Positions 60,083-64,000 of a stretch of 64,000 nt of DNA are shown here, in pieces. How positions within the stretch are numbered: position 1 is the stretch's first letter; each line of letters opens with the position of its first letter. Origin of the DNA: a bacterium (GTDB lineage Bacteria > UBA8248 > JACPRG01 > G963555815); NCBI GenBank assembly GCA_965261595.1, contig CBDHDG010000004.1:448001-512000 (forward strand), given 5' to 3'. The notes beneath the pieces are model-generated. The model was not told the origin of the DNA. It searched no databases and saw only the letters and a program-made list of their open reading frames with translations. The position numbers were made by a program, and so were the translations under genes.

Positions 60083-62398
60083 CTAAATCTCTTTTCCCTC
60101 CGCTTTCATCCTTTGAATTTCGGCATAGACCTTCTCCGCCGTCAACGGCAGGTCGTGGATGCGGACGCCGCAGGCGTCATAGACGGCGTTGGCGATGGCC
60201 GCCGCGGTGGGCGCGAGACCGGGCTCGCCGAGTCCCTTGGCACCGTACGGGCCCTCATCATGAGGCACCTCGACGACCAGGGAGTCGTAGGGCGGGCAAT
60301 CCAGGGCCGTGGGGATCTTGTAATCGGCCAGGTTGGGGTTGATGCACTCGCCGCCGTCGTACTGAAGCTCTTCGGAAAGCGCGTACCCCAGTCCGGTCGC
60401 CAAGGCTCCTTCGATCTGGGCGACGCAGCTGATCGGATTGATCGCCTTGCCCACGTCGTGCGCGCCCACGAGCTTTGTGACCACGACGTCACCGGTCTCG
60501 ATGTCCACTTCCACATCGGCCGCCTGGGCCGCGTGCATCCAGAACGGCGTGGGTTTCGCCCCGTGGCCATCCTTATCCAAAGGCGTCGTCTCGTTGTTGT
60601 GCGCCCCCACCCCCATGATGGGGGTTCCCTTTCCACCCTGCCGGTGGTTCCCCATGAGAACATCGGGGATCCCCATCCCCTTGTCGGGATCACTCTTGAA
60701 GCGGATCATGCCATCGTGGATAAACAGGTCCTCCGGCCGGGCTTCCAGCTGCTCGGCCGCACGTTCGAGAAGCTGCTCGCGCGCGTCGATGGCGGCCTTC
60801 TTGATCGCGGGCCCCAGGATGAACGTCACACGGCTGGCCGCCGTGCCCCAATCGAAGGGGCCGATGTCGGTGTCCGCACTCCCCATGACCACCGCTTCCG
60901 GCTTGACCCCCAGCTCCTCGGCGACGATCTGGCCGAGCATGGTGTTCGAGCCTTGGCCGCAATCCACCGCGGAGGATTGAACGTTCACTGTTCCGTCCTC
61001 GTTGATTTTGAGGGTGGCCCCCGCCGAAAACGCGACCGTCGTCTTGTGCATGGCGGCGATGCCCCGCCCCCGCCGGATCCTTCCGTCGCTTGAGCGCTTC
61101 CGGGGCCAATCGATGGATTCGCGGGCCGCTTCCAGGCATTCCCCGACGGCGACGCTGTGGAGCTTTTGTCCCGTCCAGGTGACGTCCCCGTCGACGAACG
61201 CGTTCTTCAGCCGGAATTCGTAGGGGTCCATCCCGACCTGCTCGGCCAGCTCCTCCATGTGGACCTCGTGGGCCCAGCACACCTGAGGAATCCCGAAACC
61301 CCGGAAGGCCCCGCTCACGGTTTTGTTGGTGTACACGCAGAGGGCGTCGACCCAGACGTTGGGGACCCGGTAAGGTCCGGGCGAGCTGTAGCCCGCGTTC
61401 TTGGTGACCATGACCCCGCGCTCGGAATACGCGCCCGTGTCGTAGAGCATCCGGATCTTTCGGGCCAACAGCGTTCCGTCCTTTTTGACGCCCGTCCGGA
61501 TGGTGACCTTCGAGGGGTGGCGCAGCGAGGTCCCCTGAAAGGACTCCTCCCGCGTGAACTGGACCTTGACCGGGACACCGCCGGTCTTCATCGCCAGGGC
61601 CACGGTTTCCGGCTGCGCCTGAAAATGCTTTCCCCCGAATCCGCCGCCCACATACGTGGCTATCACCCGGACCTTGCTCATCGGCATTTCCAGACATTCA
61701 GAGAGCTTCAGCCGCGAAAGGTAGGTCGTCTGCGTGTCGGCCCAGAGGTTGAGCCTGCCATCACGCGTAAATTGCGCGACGTGCGCGTTCGGCTCCAAGT
61801 AGACGTGGTGAACGGCGGGCGTGGTGTAGGTTCCTTCATAGACAATGTCGCTTTGCGCGAAGCCATCATCCACGTTCCCCGTCCGGATCTTGAAATGGTT
61901 CGCGATGTTGGTCCCCGCAACCGGGTAGAAGCCCGCCGTGACTTGATAGTCCCCCAACTCCGGGTGGATCAGGAAGGCGTCCTCCTTCAAGGATTCCTCC
62001 GAATCCAGCACGGCGGGCATCGGCTCATATTCGACGTGGATCAAATCCAGGGCTTCCAGCGCGGTGTCCAGGTCCACCGCCGCGACGCCGACCACCGGCT
62101 CGCCGACGTACCGGACCCGATCCACCGCCATGAAGTTCTGATCGCGCAGGACGAGGCCGAAGCGCTTCGGGTAATCCCGGCCCGTCGTGACGGCCCGGAC
62201 GCCTTTCAGTTTCTCGGCGCGTGCGGTGTCAATGTTCAGGATTTTCGCGTGGGGGTGCTGGCTCCGCAGATATTTTCCGATGAGCATCCCCGGCAACGCG
62301 AAATCGGTGCCGTAGACGGCCTGGCCGGTCGATTTCAAATAGCCGTCCACATTGCCCTGATCCGTGCCGACAACTGTCAGATTTCCATGCTGGTCCAT
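60083..62398 (-). CDS. Xanthine dehydrogenase-family molybdopterin-binding large subunit
   Basis: GGGFGGK, AFRGFG, GQG, QIEG, GPYGAKGLGE. Confidence 0.92.
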   Translation of the reverse strand: MDQHGNLTVVGTDQGNVDGYLKSTGQAVYGTDFALPGMLIGKYLRSQHPHAKILNIDTARAEKLKGVRAVTTGRDYPKRFGLVLRDQNFMAVDRVRYVGEPVVGVAAVDLDTALEALDLIHVEYEPMPAVLDSEESLKEDAFLIHPELGDYQVTAGFYPVAGTNIANHFKIRTGNVDDGFAQSDIVYEGTYTTPAVHHVYLEPNAHVAQFTRDGRLNLWADTQTTYLSRLKLSECLEMPMSKVRVIATYVGGGFGGKHFQAQPETVALAMKTGGVPVKVQFTREESFQGTSLRHPSKVTIRTGVKKDGTLLARKIRMLYDTGAYSERGVMVTKNAGYSSPGPYRVPNVWVDALCVYTNKTVSGAFRGFGIPQVCWAHEVHMEELAEQVGMDPYEFRLKNAFVDGDVTWTGQKLHSVAVGECLEAARESIDWPRKRSSDGRIRRGRGIAAMHKTTVAFSAGATLKINEDGTVNVQSSAVDCGQGSNTMLGQIVAEELGVKPEAVVMGSADTDIGPFDWGTAASRVTFILGPAIKKAAIDAREQLLERAAEQLEARPEDLFIHDGMIRFKSDPDKGMGIPDVLMGNHRQGGKGTPIMGVGAHNNETTPLDKDGHGAKPTPFWMHAAQAADVEVDIETGDVVVTKLVGAHDVGKAINPISCVAQIEGALATGLGYALSEELQYDGGECINPNLADYKIPTALDCPPYDSLVVEVPHDEGPYGAKGLGEPGLAPTAAAIANAVYDACGVRIHDLPLTAEKVYAEIQRMKAEGKEI

Positions 62399-62576
62399 CA
62401 AGAACTCCTCGTCCACTGAATATCCGGTCCGGCTGCGCCGACGCGGCGCCTTCCGGGAATTCGGCCATTCTCCGGGCGTCCCTTTTCGGTGAGCGACTCA
62501 CGTTCGGAAGACGCGGAGGAATGTCAGTATATCGCAAAACCGCAACCGGGCTGAGATTGCGCCGCCGCGCCCGGGC

Positions 62577-63608
62577 TTACTCGACCCCAATCTCTCTCAT
62601 CATTTTTCTGTACACGACCGCGACCGCGTCCGGCCCTTTGAGGTGCAGCTCCTCGCTCAGGTCCAGGGGCAGCTCCTCCGGCCGCTGATTCCCGACGACG
62701 ATGAAATCCTGCTGATAGATCGTTTCCATCATCTTGAGAAGGGCGCCGGCGGATTCACCCAGCGGCGGGGCGCAGATCTCCTCATCCTTCCAAACGATAG
62801 GACCGTCGGCGACCTCGGCCGCGTCGAGATTGAAGTTTCGGGTGATCAGCATATACCGGCTGCTCTCTTTGGCCGAATGCGGCGTCATGACCACAAAGAA
62901 GACCTCTGTTTTATCGTCGGGCTGTGCGTTGGTGTTGTGAATGGTGAAGGGCCGGCTGAGACGGTAGCTTCGGCGATGCGGAATGGAACAGAGGTCCGTG
63001 GGGTTTTCCTGAAACCAGAACCGGATGAGATCGCCGTCCCGCTCCAGGTGCATGTCCGGCGCTTCCGCCTTATCGCGCTCTCCCAAAATCCCCTCGTGGA
63101 CCCAGGCGAAGTGGGCCTGGTCCACAAAGTTCTCGATCTCTCTCGCCGCGCTGCCCTTCCACGGTTTACGCTGCCGAATGAACATGCCGAAGCTTGGGTC
63201 TTCAAACTCGGGGAAATCCGGGATCGAGGCCAGGGGCTCGGCGTCCAGACAAACCCAGACGAGTCCGTACCGCTCCTCGGCTTGGTAGGGGGTCAGGCAC
63301 GCCTTTTTGGGGATCGGGTGTTCCGGCGGAATCGAGGGGATTCGCACGCAACGGCCGTCTTCCGCGTAGGCCCAGCCGTGATAAGCGCAGACGAGGTTGT
63401 CCCCCTCGACCCACCCCAGAGAGAGGGGGGTCCCCCGGTGGATGCAGAGGTCATGAAAGGCCCGCACCTCCCCCCCGAGCCGGCAGACCGCCAGCCGCTC
63501 ATCCAAAAGCCGGACCGCCAGGGGCTTCTCGCCCACCTCCTCGGAGAAGGCCACAGGATGCCAGTACCGACGCAAAGAGGGCCAAAGATCGCTTTCCCGC
63601 ATCGTCAT
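62577..63608 (-). CDS. Rieske non-heme iron oxygenase (VanA / O- or N-demethylase-like)
   Basis: CIHRG..CAYHGW Rieske motif; ENFVDQAHFAWVH mononuclear Fe motif. Confidence 0.9.
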   Translation of the reverse strand: MTMRESDLWPSLRRYWHPVAFSEEVGEKPLAVRLLDERLAVCRLGGEVRAFHDLCIHRGTPLSLGWVEGDNLVCAYHGWAYAEDGRCVRIPSIPPEHPIPKKACLTPYQAEERYGLVWVCLDAEPLASIPDFPEFEDPSFGMFIRQRKPWKGSAAREIENFVDQAHFAWVHEGILGERDKAEAPDMHLERDGDLIRFWFQENPTDLCSIPHRRSYRLSRPFTIHNTNAQPDDKTEVFFVVMTPHSAKESSRYMLITRNFNLDAAEVADGPIVWKDEEICAPPLGESAGALLKMMETIYQQDFIVVGNQRPEELPLDLSEELHLKGPDAVAVVYRKMMREIGVE

Positions 63609-63664
63609 TTGTCCTCCACACGAAGCGTTGTCACGCGATTCCCGCAATGAACGAGACTGAATTT

Positions 63665-63677
63665 TGTATACCATACA
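63665..63677. promoter_or_regulatory. GntR/FadR-type operator-like palindrome upstream of the Rieske gene
   Basis: TGTAT-ACC-ATACA. Confidence 0.45.
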
Positions 63678-63843
63678 TGGACCGTCTCCCCCAAGGCTCA
63701 AGGAATTCGGGAGACGCCGCCGGCCATTCCCTTCCCCTTCCCCCCCCCTCTCCCCGCCCGCACTGCGCGAGCCTGCGCACTACCTTGGAATTCGCCCGGA
63801 GAGGAAGATGCGGTGGGATTCAAAAGGCCGATGGGGCAAAACT

Positions 63844-64000
63844 TCAGTACCAAACAAGCCCCGCCGTGACGTTGATGTCCTGGGCCGTCATGTGGGCCGC
63901 GCGGTCCGAGGCGAGGAACGCTGTCATCTCCGCCGTGTCCTCGGGATCGACCAGGGATTTGAGGGCGGAGGGACCCGTGAAATCCGCCCGGACCTCGGCC
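63844..64000 (-). CDS. SDR oxidoreductase, C-terminal part (partial)
   Basis: ..VDPEDTAEMTAFLASDRAAHMTAQDINVTAGLVWY*. Confidence 0.8.
   Translation of the reverse strand, partial: AEVRADFTGPSALKSLVDPEDTAEMTAFLASDRAAHMTAQDINVTAGLVWY

Overview
GC-rich bacterial window dominated by catabolic enzymes for aromatic and N-heterocyclic compounds. These include two VOC/extradiol-dioxygenase-like proteins, an FAA hydrolase, a UbiD-family decarboxylase, a ThDP enzyme, a cyclase, four SDRs, an M20 hydrolase, a BMP-type ABC binding protein plus permease, three cytosine/creatinine-deaminase-like paralogs, two xanthine-oxidase-family Mo proteins, class III and IV aminotransferases, hydantoinase A/B, a dihydroxyphthalate-decarboxylase-like protein, a nitrilase and a Rieske oxygenase. 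Also present are hemG, an M16 peptidase, an HD-GYP protein, GntR and glycosyltransferases. Layered on this is a mobile-element history that can be rebuilt from target-site duplications (TSDs). (1) A 2.3-kb composite IS1380 unit (internally deleted mini-element plus full element, tail to tail) is bounded by two LEFT ends and flanked by a TTCAT duplication; an identical left end sits at the window start, inside an ABC binding-protein gene. (2) An IS1595 element (24-bp TIRs, 8-bp TSD) carries unannotated passenger genes, splits a host gene, and was itself hit twice by (3) a 1404-bp IS3-family element present in four near-identical copies with 4-bp TSDs. Removing the ISs restores several hidden ORFs, including an Abi-alpha/DUF4393-like gene. 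Other notable items are a catalytically dead metacaspase fused to a clan-A glycoside hydrolase across an in-frame TAG, a deaminase paralog lacking its HxH metal motif, GTAG-type REP elements, and many short-homopolymer frameshifts (pseudogenes or assembly errors). No rRNA, tRNA or CRISPR array was seen.
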